From Kiritimatiellia bacterium (lineage in GTDB: Bacteria; Verrucomicrobiota; Kiritimatiellia; JAAZAB01): 64,000 nucleotides of DNA. Location: positions 128,001-192,000 of the forward strand of contig JAXGPF010000003.1 of the NCBI GenBank assembly GCA_040767085.1. Reading direction: 5' to 3'. The position numbers were made by a program, and so were the translations under genes. Shown here in pieces: positions 39,368 through 49,450 of the stretch. The notes under the pieces were generated by a model, which ran no database searches, had not been told where the DNA came from, and saw nothing but the letters and a program-made list of their open reading frames with translations. Position 1 is the stretch's first letter; every line of letters begins with the position of its first letter.

Positions 39368-40156
39368 ATGAGCATGAAAACACAAAGCGTGTTGATCCAG
39401 GACGAGATGGCCAAGTCCAAGTCCAAACTGGGGCATTACTGCGACTTGATCATCGGCCGGCGCGGCTGGCGCCATTTGCTGCGTTACGAATGCACCATCT
39501 GGCTCTGCGCCATGACGCCGGGCGCCCTGGGTCTGTACCTGCGCTCCAAACTTTATCCGCGCCTGCTGGGCAGTTGCGGGCGCAACGCGGTTTTCGGCGT
39601 CAATATCACCCTCCGGCATCCGCATAAAATCCATCTCGGCGACAACGTGATCATTGACGATAATTGCCTGCTGGACGCCAAAGGCCTGGACAACCAGGGC
39701 ATCCGCATCGGCAACGGGGTCTTCCTGGGGCGCAATTCCATCTTGAGCTGCAAAAACGGCGACATCGTCCTGGAAGACCGGGTGAATATCGGCTTCAACG
39801 CGGAGGTGTTTTCCGGCAACCGCGTCACCGTGGGCGCCGATACCCTTGTGGCGGCTTACTGTTACTTCATCGGCGGCGATCATGCCAGCGCCGATGCCGG
39901 CGCGGCCATTAACCGGCAGGGCACCACTGCCCGGGGCATCACCGTCGGTCCGAATTGCTGGTTCGGCGCGGGCGCCAAAATCCTGGACGGCGTGGCCGTC
40001 GGCAATGACAGCATCATCGGCGCGGGCGCGGTGGTCACCCGGGATGTGCCATCCTTCTCCGTGGCCGTGGGCGTGCCGGCCCGCGTAACGCGCAACCGGC
40101 GGAACGACGCGCAGCATGACTCCGCTTCCGCCGCGCCGGCGCCCGCAGCCGGTTAA
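39368..40156 (+). CDS. Hexapeptide-repeat (left-handed beta-helix) acyltransferase
   Basis: IHLGDNVIID, IRIGNGVFLG, IIGAGAVVTRDVP, VGVPARV. Confidence 0.88.
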   Translation: MSMKTQSVLIQDEMAKSKSKLGHYCDLIIGRRGWRHLLRYECTIWLCAMTPGALGLYLRSKLYPRLLGSCGRNAVFGVNITLRHPHKIHLGDNVIIDDNCLLDAKGLDNQGIRIGNGVFLGRNSILSCKNGDIVLEDRVNIGFNAEVFSGNRVTVGADTLVAAYCYFIGGDHASADAGAAINRQGTTARGITVGPNCWFGAGAKILDGVAVGNDSIIGAGAVVTRDVPSFSVAVGVPARVTRNRRNDAQHDSASAAPAPAAG

Positions 40157-40243
40157 TCAACCAACTTCCGGCGGGAGCATGCCCGCAGCCCGGATTGCAA
40201 TCGCAACCGAAGTACGATCCCCGCGGGAACAGGCGATAACATT

Positions 40244-42400
40244 ATGGCGAAGATGATTGAACAGCCGCTCCATTGCATCATCCAACGCATGGCCGGCGCC
40301 GCGCTGCCGGCGATCATGCTGACCCTGGCCGGCTGCGCGCCGGAATCCATGCCATCCCGTCCCGCGGCGCCGGCGCCCTCCGGCGCGGGCGGCGGCGGGG
40401 CGAATGTCGGCGCGAAATTACGGGAACTAACCGGCGCGCAGACGCGCGCGGTCTGGATTCAGGACTTGAGCGATGGCACGGACACGGGCCTGGAATCCGC
40501 CAATCTGCGGCTGATGGGATTGGATTCCGACGACGGCCGCGGCGAACGCGCCATCCTGGCCGAACCGGCCAATTATTCCCGGCCCTTGATCATGCCGCGC
40601 GGCGATCGCGTGGTGTTTTCGGACCGGCATACCCGCCGGATCATGCTGGCGCATTGGGATGGGACCAGCTTGCGAACCTTGCGGCCTGGATTGGCGCTGG
40701 CCGTCTGGGCGGATGACGCCGGACGGGAATGGATTTATTACGGCGAAGAGCACGGCATGCAGCGGCTGGTCCCGAAAATTTACCGCTGCCTGGCGGATCA
40801 CCCGGCGACGGTTGAGCCGGTCTGGGAACGGACGGCGGCGGGCTTGAACAATTTTCAACTATCGGCCGACGGCCGGCGCGCCGGCGGCGTCTTTCCCTGG
40901 CCGGAATGCGGCATCGCGGAATTGCCCGACCGCGGTCTGCGGATTTACGGCAAAGGCTGCTATCCGGCGCTGGCGCCGGACGATAGCGGCCTGCTCTGGA
41001 TTTTTGACGGAGCGCATCGCAACCTGTTGTTCTTCCGGGCCGGCACCGATGAGCGCTGGCAGGTGCCGATTAACACCGCCCCGGAGATTGGCGGATATGA
41101 AGTCTATTATCCCCGCTGGAGCAACCGGGCCCGGTTCATGGTCATGACCGGCCCGTTCAAGGTCGGCACCGGGGACAACCGCATCCGCGGCGGGGGCCTG
41201 GAAGTGGAAGTGTACGCCGGGCGGTTCAGCGGCGATTACCGGCGCGTGGAAGAGTGGCGCCGGCTGAGTTTCAATGACCGGGGCGATTTCTATCCCGATC
41301 TCTGGGTGGCGCCCGCGCCGGAGGCATCCGGCACGGCGGACCGCGCACCGGCCCCTCCTCCCGCGCCGGAGGCATCCGCTGAACCGCTGCCGCCCTGGCC
41401 GTCGGACCGCACCCGTTTGGAGTTCATCTGGGAGAACCGCGCCCGTCCGAATGAAGTCGCCGGCGCGGATGGCACGGCGTTGATCTGCGGGGTGGAACCA
41501 GCCGGACAAGCGCGTTACGGCCGGCATTACGAAATGCTGATTGCCCGCGGCGCTTTTGCGGCGCATCCCGCGCCGGCGCGCCGCGCGCTGGCGGCTTGCC
41601 GGGCGTCCGGCGCCATGACGCTGGAACTGGTCGCCATCCCCGCCGCCGGCGGTCCGCGGCCGCCGGGCATCATTTGCGCCATCGGCGCCGCCGGCCGGAC
41701 GTGGAGCCTGCTCCTGGGAGAACGCGATGCGCGTCTGGCATGCCTGCTGCGGCGCAAGGACGGCGCGCCGGGCGCGGAAATTGCGCTCGGCGCGCTGCCG
41801 GCCGGCCGGCCGGCGCACATCTCCTTGAGTTATGCCGACGGCGCTCTAACCTGCCGGCTGAACGGCGGGGAAATCCTACGGACCAATCTGCCGGATGCGG
41901 ATTTAGACGGCTGGGAATCGGAAATCCTGCGGTTCGGCGCGGCGCCCGACAAAAGCCTGAACTGGAGCGGTTTAATTGAAGGCGTAGCGTTGTTCAGCCG
42001 GGCGCTGACGGCGGAGGAAGCGGCCCGGAATTACCGGGCATACGCGGAAAAATTTGCACGCCGCGCGCCGGCGCCGCCCACGGTCATGGTGGACGCGCGC
42101 CTGACTGCCGCGCCGGACATTCCCGACCCGGCGGAAATCGCTCCTTACCGCCGCGCCCTGGCGGTCAACCGCTATCAGTTGGCCCAGGCACTCGACGGCG
42201 CGGAGTTCCCCGCGGAATTCCTGGCGGCCGAGTGGGTGATTATGGACGGCGCCGTGCTGTCCGACGCACGGCGGACGCCGGGCCGGGTTTACCGGCTACG
42301 CCTGGAGCGTTTTGACGATCACCCGGAATTGGAAGGCGAACGCCTGATCATGGAAGGCGACGCCTGGGATTTGCCTATGTATTATCCGCCGGACGCCTGA
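40244..42400 (+). CDS. Multidomain lipoprotein: propeller-like region, LamG-like domain and uncharacterised C-terminal domain
   Basis: Lipobox LTLAG-C; PRWSN and YPDLWV TolB-like motifs; G.IEGVALFSRALT.EE LamG end. Confidence 0.7.
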   Translation: MAKMIEQPLHCIIQRMAGAALPAIMLTLAGCAPESMPSRPAAPAPSGAGGGGANVGAKLRELTGAQTRAVWIQDLSDGTDTGLESANLRLMGLDSDDGRGERAILAEPANYSRPLIMPRGDRVVFSDRHTRRIMLAHWDGTSLRTLRPGLALAVWADDAGREWIYYGEEHGMQRLVPKIYRCLADHPATVEPVWERTAAGLNNFQLSADGRRAGGVFPWPECGIAELPDRGLRIYGKGCYPALAPDDSGLLWIFDGAHRNLLFFRAGTDERWQVPINTAPEIGGYEVYYPRWSNRARFMVMTGPFKVGTGDNRIRGGGLEVEVYAGRFSGDYRRVEEWRRLSFNDRGDFYPDLWVAPAPEASGTADRAPAPPPAPEASAEPLPPWPSDRTRLEFIWENRARPNEVAGADGTALICGVEPAGQARYGRHYEMLIARGAFAAHPAPARRALAACRASGAMTLELVAIPAAGGPRPPGIICAIGAAGRTWSLLLGERDARLACLLRRKDGAPGAEIALGALPAGRPAHISLSYADGALTCRLNGGEILRTNLPDADLDGWESEILRFGAAPDKSLNWSGLIEGVALFSRALTAEEAARNYRAYAEKFARRAPAPPTVMVDARLTAAPDIPDPAEIAPYRRALAVNRYQLAQALDGAEFPAEFLAAEWVIMDGAVLSDARRTPGRVYRLRLERFDDHPELEGERLIMEGDAWDLPMYYPPDA

Positions 42401-42731
42401 ATTAGACCGTTCCGTTTCGACTTAATATCCCATTGTATGGGACAAGCATTTTTGCATGGCATAATATTATCGTGGTTTTAAGGTGTTACGTTTTAAGGTT
42501 TCAGGCATAAAACTTTAAAACCATAAAACTTAAAACTTTAACGCGGCGCGGGAGTGAACGTTGGTAATTTGAGACTTGTCCTTCGTAGCCGAAGGCTAAG
42601 TAGGATTGCGGCCTGTGCGCCGCTTTGGGGTGAACCGAATTTATCGGCACTTAACAATAGTGAGGTGTGATATTGAGCGCATGCCGGCAGGGTGTTCAGA
42701 CTCTTGATCGCGTTGAGGCACAAGGAGCAGA

Positions 42732-44180
42732 ATGGTTTTCAGTTCGCATATCTTCATGTTCTATTTCCTGCCGGCGGCGCTGGCGCTTTACGCGCTGACG
42801 CCGCGACGGGGCCGGCACCTGCTGTTGACTCTGGCCAGTTACCTCTTCTACGGCTGGTCGAATCCGCTGTTTGTGCTGCTGCTGCTGTTTTCCACCGCGG
42901 TGGATTACGTCTGCGGCCTCGCCATCGCCTACGATGGATTCCGCTGGCACGGCGCAGCCCCGCAGCCCTCCGCCGGCGGTCCCCGCAGCCGTTTGCAGCG
43001 CCGCATGCTGATGCTTTCAATCGCCACCAACCTTGGCTTGCTGGGCTTCTTCAAGTATTTCAACTTCGCTTCAGACAATCTGGCAGCGCTGGCGCAATGG
43101 CTGGGCGCGCCGGGCCTGGCGCCCGTGCTGCGGATAACGTTGCCCCTGGGCATCAGTTTTTACACCTTCCAATCCATGAGTTACACGATTGACGTCTTCC
43201 GCGGGCAAGCCCGGGCCTTGCGCGATTTTATCGATTTCGCCTGCTTCGTTTCGATGTTCCCGCAACTGGTGGCCGGACCGATCATCCGGTTCTCGGAACT
43301 GGCCGACCAGTTGCGCCACCACCCGATCACCCTGGAAAAATTCGCGCGCGGCGCGGCTTTTTTCAGCCTGGGCCTGGCTAAGAAAATCCTGCTGGCCAAC
43401 CCGTGCGGCAAGGTGGCCGACACCGCCTTCGCCGCCGCCAGCTTGAGCGCGGCGGACGCCTGGTACGGCGTCACCGCCTATGCTTTCCAGATTTATTTCG
43501 ATTTCAGCGGCTATTCCGACATGGCCATCGGGCTGGGGCTGATGCTCGGTTTTGTCTTCGCAAAAAATTTCGATTCGCCCTACCTTTCCGAATCCATCAC
43601 GGAATTCTGGCGGCGCTGGCACATTTCCCTGTCGTCCTGGCTGCGGGATTATCTTTACATCCCGCTCGGCGGCAACCGCCATGGCGCCGGCCGGACCTAT
43701 CTTAACCTGATGCTGGTCATGCTGCTGGGCGGGCTGTGGCATGGCGCGGCCTGGAATTTTGTGGTCTGGGGCGCCATCCATGGCGCCTGGCTGGCGCTCG
43801 AGCGGCTGGCCGGCAAAACCAGTTTTTACCGGCATCTCCCCCGGCCGGCCCGGATTGGCGTGACTTTCCTGATTGTGCTGATCGCCTGGGTGTTCTTCCG
43901 GGCCGCGGACTTGCCGGCGGCCGGCCGGTACCTGGCCTGCATGTTCGGCGGAGGCGGCGGCCTGCCCAATGCCTGGCTGGTGCGCGGTGTCATCCGGCAA
44001 CCGTATTACCTGGGAGTAACTATCGCGGCGGCGCTGACCGTCTGGCTGGCCCCGCAAACCTGGGATTGGTCGCGCGCCATGGGCTGGGGCAAAGCCGCCA
44101 CGGCGGCGGCGCTGCTCCTGCTGGCCGCGGCCGTGCTGGCTACGCAGGCTTATAATCCTTTCATATACTTCATCTTTTGA
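42732..44180 (+). CDS. algI: MBOAT O-acyltransferase, AlgI/PatA type
   Basis: LPLGISFYTFQ, FPQLVAGPI, QIYFDFSGYSDMA, FWRRWHISLS, GLWHGA, C-terminal PFIYFIF. Confidence 0.9.
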   Translation: MVFSSHIFMFYFLPAALALYALTPRRGRHLLLTLASYLFYGWSNPLFVLLLLFSTAVDYVCGLAIAYDGFRWHGAAPQPSAGGPRSRLQRRMLMLSIATNLGLLGFFKYFNFASDNLAALAQWLGAPGLAPVLRITLPLGISFYTFQSMSYTIDVFRGQARALRDFIDFACFVSMFPQLVAGPIIRFSELADQLRHHPITLEKFARGAAFFSLGLAKKILLANPCGKVADTAFAAASLSAADAWYGVTAYAFQIYFDFSGYSDMAIGLGLMLGFVFAKNFDSPYLSESITEFWRRWHISLSSWLRDYLYIPLGGNRHGAGRTYLNLMLVMLLGGLWHGAAWNFVVWGAIHGAWLALERLAGKTSFYRHLPRPARIGVTFLIVLIAWVFFRAADLPAAGRYLACMFGGGGGLPNAWLVRGVIRQPYYLGVTIAAALTVWLAPQTWDWSRAMGWGKAATAAALLLLAAAVLATQAYNPFIYFIF

Positions 44181-44225
44181 CCTGAATTATGCTCCGCGCC
44201 AAACTTGCGCGGCGCAAAATTGCGG
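44181..44225. repeat. 45-bp ends-only derivative of the CCTGAAT MITE
   Basis: Right half reverse-complements to ccgcaattttgcgccgcgcaagttt, versus cctgaattttgcaccgcgcaagttt at 2159. Confidence 0.65.
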
Positions 44226-44235
44226 TTTGAACATT

Positions 44236-45942
44236 ATGGCCGCTGAACTTAAAATGCAATTGACCCGCGAGCAAATCGCCATACTGGAAGCCGGCCGCAC
44301 CCGGATTACGCCGGCTTGCGCGATGTTTCTCGCCGGCGTGTTCCTGGCGCTGATTTGCGCCGTGCCGCTGGCGCAGTTAGCGGCGGAATTAAGCGAACCT
44401 GGACTGCCGCACAGCCTATCGCTCGGCCACAGCCTGGCCGCCGCCGCGCAGGCGCAACCTGCCGGCAGCGCCGGTTGCCTGCAAAGCTTCCTGGCGGCTA
44501 ACCGGCGCCTGCTGCGTGAAATGCATGCCTGGGAGACTGCGCTGGAGGAAAATGCCATCGTGAGCCGCGCCATCAGGCCGCCTATCCAGTACCTGCTGGC
44601 GCGCTGGCTGGGCGCGGGCAATGAGCAAGCCTATTGCGGGCGGGGCGATTGGTTGTTTTTCCGGCCGGACGTGGATTACCTGACGGCGCCCGGATTCCTG
44701 GAACCCGCGGTCATGCAACGCCGCGCCGCAGCCGGTAAAGAATGGCAGACCCCGCCCAAGCCCGATCCGCGCCCGGCCATCCTGGATTTCCAGCGGCAAC
44801 TGGCGGCGCGCGGCATCCAACTGGTGCTGATGCCCACGCCGGTGAAGCCCATGATCCATCCCGACCGGTTGGCGCCGGCCGGCGCCGGCGCGCCGCTGCA
44901 AAATCCATCCTACCGCCGCCTGGCCGCCGACTTGGAAGCCGCCGGTCTGACGGTATTCGATCCCGCTTCCATGCTGGCCAGCGATTTCCACGGCGCCGGC
45001 CGGGAAGCCTTTCTCGCCACCGACACCCATTGGCGTCCGGAAGCCATGGAGCGGACGGCGGAAGACCTGGCGCAATTCATTACCACCCGCGGCTGGCTGA
45101 CCGCGGCACCCCCAACCGCTTGCACGACACACGCGATGACCGTCGAGCAACCGGGCGATACCGCCGCCATGCTGCGCCTGCCGGCCTGGCAGGATTTTTA
45201 CCAGCCGGAAGCTGTGGAAATCCGGCAAGTGCGGGATGCCGCCGGCAATGACTGGCGGCCGGCGCAGGATGCCGATGTGCTGGTATTGGGCGACAGTTTC
45301 TGCAATATTTATTCCCTGGAGGCCATGGGCTGGGGCGAAGCCGCCGGGTTGGTCGAACACCTCAGCCGGGCGCTGGCCCGGCCGGTAGACCGCATCCTGG
45401 TGAATGACAACGGCGCCTTCGCCGCGCGAGCGGCGCTGGCGCGGGAACTGGCGCGCGGACGCGACCGGCTGGCCGGCAAGCGGCTGGTAATCTGGCAATT
45501 CGCCGCGCGCGAACTGGCGGCCGGGGATTGGCGCCTGACTGACCTGCGCTTGGGCGCGCCGGCGGCGGCCGGATTCCTGCATCTGCCGGCCGGCGCCATG
45601 CTCAAGACGCGCGGCGTCGTAGCGGCCATCGCCCCTGCGCCGCGGCCCGGGAGCGTGCCTTATGCCGACCATATCATCGGTCTGCACCTGGTTGACCTGC
45701 AAGCGAATGGCGGCGGCGCGCAGGCGCTGGCCTATGCCTGGAGCATGCGCGACAACGTCTGGACGCCGGCGGCGCGGCTGCGGCCGGGCGAGACCGTGGA
45801 AGCGCTGTTGCGGCCGTGGCCGGACGTGGCCGGCAAGTTCGATGGCATCAACCGCACGGAACTGGATGATCCCGAATTGCTTCTGCAGGAGCCATGCTGG
45901 GCGGCGGAAATCGCCGGACTCGGATTCATCCCCCCGGAATAG
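44236..45942 (+). CDS. AlgJ/AlgX-like SGNH O-acetyltransferase with extra C-terminal domain
   Basis: N-terminal TM, G.GDWLFF, PTPVKP, TDTHW, VLGDSF. Confidence 0.85.
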   Translation: MAAELKMQLTREQIAILEAGRTRITPACAMFLAGVFLALICAVPLAQLAAELSEPGLPHSLSLGHSLAAAAQAQPAGSAGCLQSFLAANRRLLREMHAWETALEENAIVSRAIRPPIQYLLARWLGAGNEQAYCGRGDWLFFRPDVDYLTAPGFLEPAVMQRRAAAGKEWQTPPKPDPRPAILDFQRQLAARGIQLVLMPTPVKPMIHPDRLAPAGAGAPLQNPSYRRLAADLEAAGLTVFDPASMLASDFHGAGREAFLATDTHWRPEAMERTAEDLAQFITTRGWLTAAPPTACTTHAMTVEQPGDTAAMLRLPAWQDFYQPEAVEIRQVRDAAGNDWRPAQDADVLVLGDSFCNIYSLEAMGWGEAAGLVEHLSRALARPVDRILVNDNGAFAARAALARELARGRDRLAGKRLVIWQFAARELAAGDWRLTDLRLGAPAAAGFLHLPAGAMLKTRGVVAAIAPAPRPGSVPYADHIIGLHLVDLQANGGGAQALAYAWSMRDNVWTPAARLRPGETVEALLRPWPDVAGKFDGINRTELDDPELLLQEPCWAAEIAGLGFIPPE

Positions 45943-45952
45943 GAGGCAGATC

Positions 45953-47077
45953 ATGCTTGGCGCAATCCATTACATTTTAAAATCGTGGCCACGCCGGGTG
46001 TTTGCCGGAAGACGCTGTTTGATTGCCATGCTCTTGTTGACGTTGGGGCGCCCCGCCGGCCAGGCCGCCGCCGCGGATTGGCAGGCACGCTGCGGCCAAC
46101 TGGCGGATTTGGCCGCTCGGGATCATCGCGGCGCCATTGCCGGCGACAATGCCTGGCTGTTTCCGGCCGCGGATTTGCGGCACATTGCCGCCGGCGAATT
46201 CTGGGGCGCGGCGGCGGCGGATGCCGTCCGCACCGGCGTGAAGCCGGAATTCGCCGACCCCCTGCCCGCCATCCTGGATTGCCACGATCAATTACAGCAA
46301 TTGGGAGTTAAATTGCTGCTGGTGCCGGTGCCGCCCAAGGCCCGGATTTTCCCGGACGCGCTGCCGGCGCCAGCCGGCGCGGCGGTTCCTCTACCCGCGG
46401 AGTTGCCACTGGCGCCGGTGCATGCCGGATTTTACGAGCTTTTACGCAGTCGGGGCATCCAGGTGCTGGACCTGGCGGAATTATTCTGGCAGCACCGCGT
46501 GGATGCCAAAGGCGCGCCTTATTGCCGCACCGATTCGCACTGGTCCGGCAATGGCTGCGTCCTGGCCGCCCGCGCCATTGCTGAAATCATCGCCGATCCC
46601 GCGACGGCGGAGGCGGCCGCCGGGCTGGAGTCCGCCTGGAGCGAAGTGGAAATCCGCGGCGACTTGTCCCGCATGCCGGGAGGCGAGGGCGCGGCGCCGG
46701 AAAAAATCATGCTGCGGCGCGTCGGCCGGCGCGCCGGCGCTGCGCTCGAGCCGGCGGCGCCGGCTACGGACAGCCCCGTGATCCTGCTGGGCGACAGTCA
46801 TAACCTGGTCTTTCACGCCGGGGGCGATATGCACGCCGCGGGCGCCGGGCTGCCGGACCAACTGGCGCTGGAACTGGGTCAGCCGGTGGAACTGGTCGCG
46901 GTGCGCGGCTCCGGCGCCACGCCTGCCCGTGTCAATTTGTACCGCCGCGCCGCGCGCAATCCGGACTATTGGCGCAACCGGCGCTGGGTGGTATGGTGTT
47001 TTGCCGCGCGTGAATTTACCGAAAGCGACGGCTGGCGCAAAATCCCGCTGCAGCCGGCGGCGGCGGTAAAAAATTGA
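45953..47077 (+). CDS. Second AlgJ/AlgX-like SGNH protein, secreted
   Basis: AGGAGG RBS before ATG 45953; GDNAWLF, PVPPKA, RTDSHW, LLGDSH. Confidence 0.85.
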   Translation: MLGAIHYILKSWPRRVFAGRRCLIAMLLLTLGRPAGQAAAADWQARCGQLADLAARDHRGAIAGDNAWLFPAADLRHIAAGEFWGAAAADAVRTGVKPEFADPLPAILDCHDQLQQLGVKLLLVPVPPKARIFPDALPAPAGAAVPLPAELPLAPVHAGFYELLRSRGIQVLDLAELFWQHRVDAKGAPYCRTDSHWSGNGCVLAARAIAEIIADPATAEAAAGLESAWSEVEIRGDLSRMPGGEGAAPEKIMLRRVGRRAGAALEPAAPATDSPVILLGDSHNLVFHAGGDMHAAGAGLPDQLALELGQPVELVAVRGSGATPARVNLYRRAARNPDYWRNRRWVVWCFAAREFTESDGWRKIPLQPAAAVKN

Positions 47078-47114
47078 TCACTCCCCGCCAGGATGCGCGC
47101 GTTCGGGCGCCAGC

Positions 47115-47303
47115 CAGGGCGGCGTCATTCTCGGCGGCTCGCTCCCGCGCCAGGCGGGACAAGCCGGAGGTTGACCCCGCTTTGAGCGGGGTCTCGCCCT
47201 ACCCGGGGAATCTGCTGAAGGTAGGGCGAGGTCTCCCTGCGTCGCTGAAGCTATGCAAGGCAAGCCGTACCGAGCCGTCTGTTCTGAGAATGACGCAGCC
47301 GTG
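47115..47303. mobile_element. MITE with CAGGGCTGCG-type ends, family copy 3 (inverted relative to copy 1)
   Basis: cagggcggcgtcattctc / gagaatgacgcagccgtg; interior matches the reverse complement of 9321-9480; no target duplication seen. Confidence 0.75.
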
Positions 47304-47435
47304 ACCGCGGTGATGCGCGCCGGAATCACGGCTTGCACACCCCGGCGCAAACTGCTTTAATGATTCGAGTTGTATTGCGTCCGCGCAGCCAGGCGCTGAC
47401 CGGCGCTTTGCGTCCCTCCGACTCCCGCTGAAATA

Positions 47436-48632
47436 ATGACTTACTGGAAAAAAACTTTCGCATGCGCTTTTGCGGCGCAGGTGCTGTCAATCCTGGGATT
47501 CTCGTTCGCGTTGCCTTTTTTGCCGTTTTTCATCCAGGACCTGGGAATCACCGATAAAGCCCAGCAAGCCTGGTGGTCGGGTGTGCTGCTGGCAGCCTCC
47601 GGCTTCACCCTCGCGCTGTTTGCCCCGTTGTGGGGTTTGCTGGCTGACCGGTTCGGACGCAAGAGCATGGTGGTGCGCTCGATGTTCGGCGGCGCGGTGA
47701 TCGTGTTGCTGATGTCTTATGCGCGCAACATGGGCGAACTGTTGATTTGCCGCCTGCTGCAGGGTATGTTTACCGGCACGGTTTCCGCCAGCATCGCCCT
47801 GGTGGCCAGCGTTACCCCGCCGAAGCGCAGCGGATTCGCGCTGGGCATGATGCAGGCTGCCGTGTTTGTCGGCTCGGCCATCGGCCCGCTGCTGGGCGGC
47901 ATGATGGCGGATTACTACGGCTACCGTATGTCTTTCCGGGTCGGCGCGGCGGTCATCCTGCTGGGCGGTTTCCTGATTTATTTCGGCGCCCGCGAATCCC
48001 TGGCCCAGGAAGACGAATCCATGGCGCGGCCGATGAGTTTTTGGACTTTACTCAAAACCAGCGGGTTTGTCTTTGCGATCTTAACCCTGCTGGCCGTGCG
48101 CTTCGCCAACACCATCGTCAATCCTTCCTTCCCGCTGGTCATCAAGGATATCCTTACCTCCACCGCGAAGTTGAACAGCGTCACCGGCATTATCATGGCC
48201 TGCGCCGGACTGGCCGGCGCCGTTTCCGCCGGACTGCTGGGCTATATCGGCGACAAGTATGGACACCAGCGGGTGTTGATCTTCTGCAGTTCGGGCGCGG
48301 CGTTGACGGCGGCGGCCCATGCCCTGGCGCACACCATTCCCGCGCTGACGGTGATTCATCTGAGCTTTGGCATGATGATTGCCGGCATCCTGCCGTCCAT
48401 CAACAGCATCATCCAGCGCTCAACCGATCAGCGCCACATCGGGAAGGCCTACGGACTTTCCTCCTCCATCAGCATGCTGGGCCTGGCGCTGGGTCCGCTG
48501 GCCGGCGGATACCTGGCCCGGGATTGGGGCATCCGCACGCCTTTCCTGGCCGCCGGCGTCTGCCAGCTACTGGTCACAGCGATCGCATGGCGCTGGTTTG
48601 CCAAAAGCCGCCCTGAAGACTTCCGCGCCTGA
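47436..48632 (+). CDS. MFS transporter, DHA1/MdtG-like
   Basis: WGLLADRFGRKSM, RLLQG, GSAIGPLLGG; 12 TM. Confidence 0.9.
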   Translation: MTYWKKTFACAFAAQVLSILGFSFALPFLPFFIQDLGITDKAQQAWWSGVLLAASGFTLALFAPLWGLLADRFGRKSMVVRSMFGGAVIVLLMSYARNMGELLICRLLQGMFTGTVSASIALVASVTPPKRSGFALGMMQAAVFVGSAIGPLLGGMMADYYGYRMSFRVGAAVILLGGFLIYFGARESLAQEDESMARPMSFWTLLKTSGFVFAILTLLAVRFANTIVNPSFPLVIKDILTSTAKLNSVTGIIMACAGLAGAVSAGLLGYIGDKYGHQRVLIFCSSGAALTAAAHALAHTIPALTVIHLSFGMMIAGILPSINSIIQRSTDQRHIGKAYGLSSSISMLGLALGPLAGGYLARDWGIRTPFLAAGVCQLLVTAIAWRWFAKSRPEDFRA

Positions 48633-48660
48633 GATTGCCGGACGCCGGCTCATTCAACAT

Positions 48661-49431
48661 CTACAATCGCACGGTCAGGCCGTCGTACGGAATAAAAATG
48701 CCCGGCGGCAGCCGCCGGCGGACCTGGTCGTAGTCCAGGTCGTGCCCCATGTGGGTGATATAGGCCCGGCGGGGACGCAGCGCCTGCAGCATGGCAATGC
48801 TTTCATCCAGGCAAAAATGGGTAGGATGCGGAGTGCGTTTCAGGGCGTCCAGCACCAGCACATCCATCCCGCGCAAGGCCGCCTGCGCGGCCGCGGGCAT
48901 GGTGTGGCAATCCGGGACATAGCCGATTTTAACCCCTTCCGCCGCCAGCCGGTAGCCATAGGTGGCGATCCCGGCATGTTCCACGGGCAAGGGCGTCACC
49001 CGCGCCGCGCCGACACGGAACGGCCCGGTGCATTCGGTGAAAATGACCCGGGGATACGAAAGGCCGGGCTGCGCGCGCCTATGCACGTAGGGGAAGAACC
49101 GGTTCAAGTCGCGCACGGTGTCCGGCGCGCCGAAAACGGGAATGGCCTGATCCTGGATATCGCAAAAGCGCCGGATATCGTCAAACCCGAACACATGGTC
49201 GGCATGCGCATGGGTGAACAGCACGGCATCCACCCGCGGCACGCGGAAGGCCAGGACCTGTTCGCGGAAATCCGGCGGAGTATCAATGACAATATGCCGG
49301 CCGGCGGCCTCCACGTACAGGCTGGCGCGCCGGCGGCGGTTGCGCGGATTGGCGGACCGGCACACCGGGCATTGGCACCCGATGGCCGGCACGCCAATGG
49401 AAGTGCCGGTGCCCAGGAAGACGATTTTCAC
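48661..49431 (-). CDS. MBL-fold metallo-hydrolase (PhnP-like)
   Basis: LGTGTS.GVP, C.CPVC, IDTPPD, THAHADH, THMGH. Confidence 0.9.
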   Translation of the reverse strand: MKIVFLGTGTSIGVPAIGCQCPVCRSANPRNRRRRASLYVEAAGRHIVIDTPPDFREQVLAFRVPRVDAVLFTHAHADHVFGFDDIRRFCDIQDQAIPVFGAPDTVRDLNRFFPYVHRRAQPGLSYPRVIFTECTGPFRVGAARVTPLPVEHAGIATYGYRLAAEGVKIGYVPDCHTMPAAAQAALRGMDVLVLDALKRTPHPTHFCLDESIAMLQALRPRRAYITHMGHDLDYDQVRRRLPPGIFIPYDGLTVRL

Positions 49432-49450
49432 CGGCGTCCTTCCGGGACGA

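Noticed and set aside
42396-42505. Another CCTGAAT...TTCAGG MITE
   Set aside because: The ends match for only a few bases and there is no flanking duplication.
45662-45952. N-terminal extension of the 471-aa ORF
   Set aside because: It overlaps the upstream gene; AGGAGG marks ATG 45953 as the start.
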